This document shows positions 62,337 to 64,000 of a stretch of DNA of 64,000 nucleotides, one piece after another (positions within the stretch are counted from its first letter, which is position 1; each line of letters starts with the position of its first letter). The translations under genes and the position numbers were made by a program. The DNA is from Phoronis australis (Eukaryota > Animalia > Phoronida): the NCBI GenBank assembly GCA_002633005.1, contig NMRA01000110.1, positions 837,552 to 901,551 on the forward strand, in the 5' to 3' direction. The notes under the pieces were generated by a model that had not been told where the DNA came from, did not search any database, and worked only from the letters and a program-made list of their open reading frames with translations.

Positions 62337-63513
62337 CCGGGGTTTTCTGTAGATAAGCCTACCTGATGAAACACCCATGTGCGTTTATTCGGAAAATTAT
62401 GCCGAATAAACGCCCATGGGCTTGCCAAGTGTCTAGATAGTGGGGCCTGAATTCGGAAAAGTTCCTCTTAAAAGCCCACTTATCGTCAACTTTAAGTCAC
62501 ATATTCAGTTTTTGGAGCATTTATTAGGCCTATTCAAAAAAGCGAAAAATGTGTTGCCGAACTATGCATTTATTAACATAAATTTATAAAGAAATAATTA
62601 AAAATCTGTCCATGTCAATGTGTTCATCCCGTAGAGACTATTTGCCCATAAGCAGCTATGCCGCAACATTAAAACACTATGATAATGATGTCTTGAAAGA
62701 TTTGCCACGTGGCTGAAGATACAAATTCCAGGAGTTTCTCGTAGTATGGGTGGCGGCATTACCCCCGCCGGGTTTACATTTTTTCTCGCCGTTTTCAAGC
62801 CAGTACTGATACTGCTCTTTCAACCTAGCTTTGAACAGACGTTAAAATAAACAACAAATGGCTGAAGGAAATAGGTCACTTTGGCTTGAATTATCTTCAC
62901 GACATTATTCGATTTTCTAAACTCTGCGGATACAGTCTCTGCACCGTGGCTCCGATGTGTGTCCATGGGCAAAAGCGATTTGTCGATGTTGAAATAAAGA
63001 CCTCGCCTCATCACTACTATATATATCTATTGCATCATAAGCGTCTCGTTCATGGATTCCCTACCTGAACTTCAATGTTGTTGGGTACACGCTTTAACGG
63101 TACAACATGAAAGTAGACAAAGACGGATTTGCGGTTGGGCCATATCAAGAAAACTGGCTACAATTTGTTATTTTTTCACAATACGAAGTGGCCGAGTATT
63201 CGAGCCTGCCGAAGTTCATAGAATCTCTGATGATCGACCTTAGATGCTTTCATCTTTGTCACAAGGAGGTGTAGAAGTGTCATGCACATACACTTTCTTG
63301 TCCCGCAGGACAGATATTACAAAACTTGATAAGTTGCTAGACAAGGTTTACTTACAAAAATACTTATCGCGCTTCATGCTGGTATTTACGTCACGGAAAT
63401 TATGACTTTCCGTTTACACGCCCCCTTTTCCGAATAAACACTGGAGCATTCATTAGCGTTCCTAAAGTGCCTAAAAGTTTTCCGCCCATGGGCTAATTTA
63501 CTGAAATCCCCGG
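62337..63513. mobile_element. Tc1/mariner-pogo-like non-autonomous element
   Basis: TIRs CCGGGGTTTTCTGTAGATAAGCC / GGCTAATTTACTGAAATCCCCGG|TA; internal GAATAAACGCCCATGGGC repeats, with a related motif also at ~15740. Confidence 0.55.
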
Positions 63514-64000
63514 TACAAAGAATGTGCGTACTATGCTATTCAAGTTCATAATTTATGCCATTCTGCCATTGGTTGGGTCACGAGATGGCGTCTTTTCAGT
63601 AAAGTGAAAAGAAAATGAACAGTGTGTCCATACTCAAGCATCTATTTCAAAACCACTGGAAAACATTTCCATGAAATAATAATCCAAAAGTCGACGTTTA
63701 AAACGGTTATTCCAACTTTTTGAATTCTTTCCATTTTTTTGCTTAATGTTACCCATTTCATAAAAAATCAAAATGTTCTCATATTTTGTTAGCACTATGT
63801 CAAAAGGGAAATGTTTTCAGAATACTTCCAACAAGGATTTGGAAAACTGTACCAATCATACTAATACTCTTTTATTCGAATTAGATCAGCTATTTCTGAA
63901 TAAGTCAGATTTTAATGATGTGTAGATTTATTTGTAACCTGATTAAATTTACAACAAAGGTATTCAACCTAGGGTCGTCAAGTTTAAAGCCTTTAACGAT

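Noticed and set aside
63309-63340. Candidate terminal exon of the WxxW gene (RQILQNLISC*, phase 1)
   Set aside because: Lies inside a TIR element and is too short to support without transcripts.

Overview
AT-rich, intron-containing animal genomic DNA, most likely from a marine invertebrate (inferred from the transposon families present), dominated by nested and decayed transposable elements. Two host genes can be assembled by eye. The first is a minus-strand type-B carboxylesterase/lipase (~5.9-9.6 kb). The second is a plus-strand secreted WxxW/CysD-domain protein (exons 49419-49602, 52942-53021, 59389-59620), whose promoter, exon 1 and intron 1 are duplicated as an apparent orphan at ~3.4-5.2 kb. 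The largest element is a ~10.1-kb env-bearing Ty3/Gypsy retrovirus-like element (38815-48962, minus strand). It has a two-knuckle gag, a -1 frameshift signal, pol, a baculovirus-F-like env with furin site and fusion peptide, and an extra ORF between env and the PPT; its 5' LTR was largely replaced by an RTE-X-like LINE fragment. The most unusual feature is an intronless USP (peptidase C19) deubiquitinase ORF at 56915-57937 with all catalytic motifs present. Its N-terminus resembles the extreme C-terminus of an RLE-type (R2/Hero-like) non-LTR retrotransposon protein, suggesting a deubiquitinase-carrying retroelement. All calls are from motif reading; no database searches were run.
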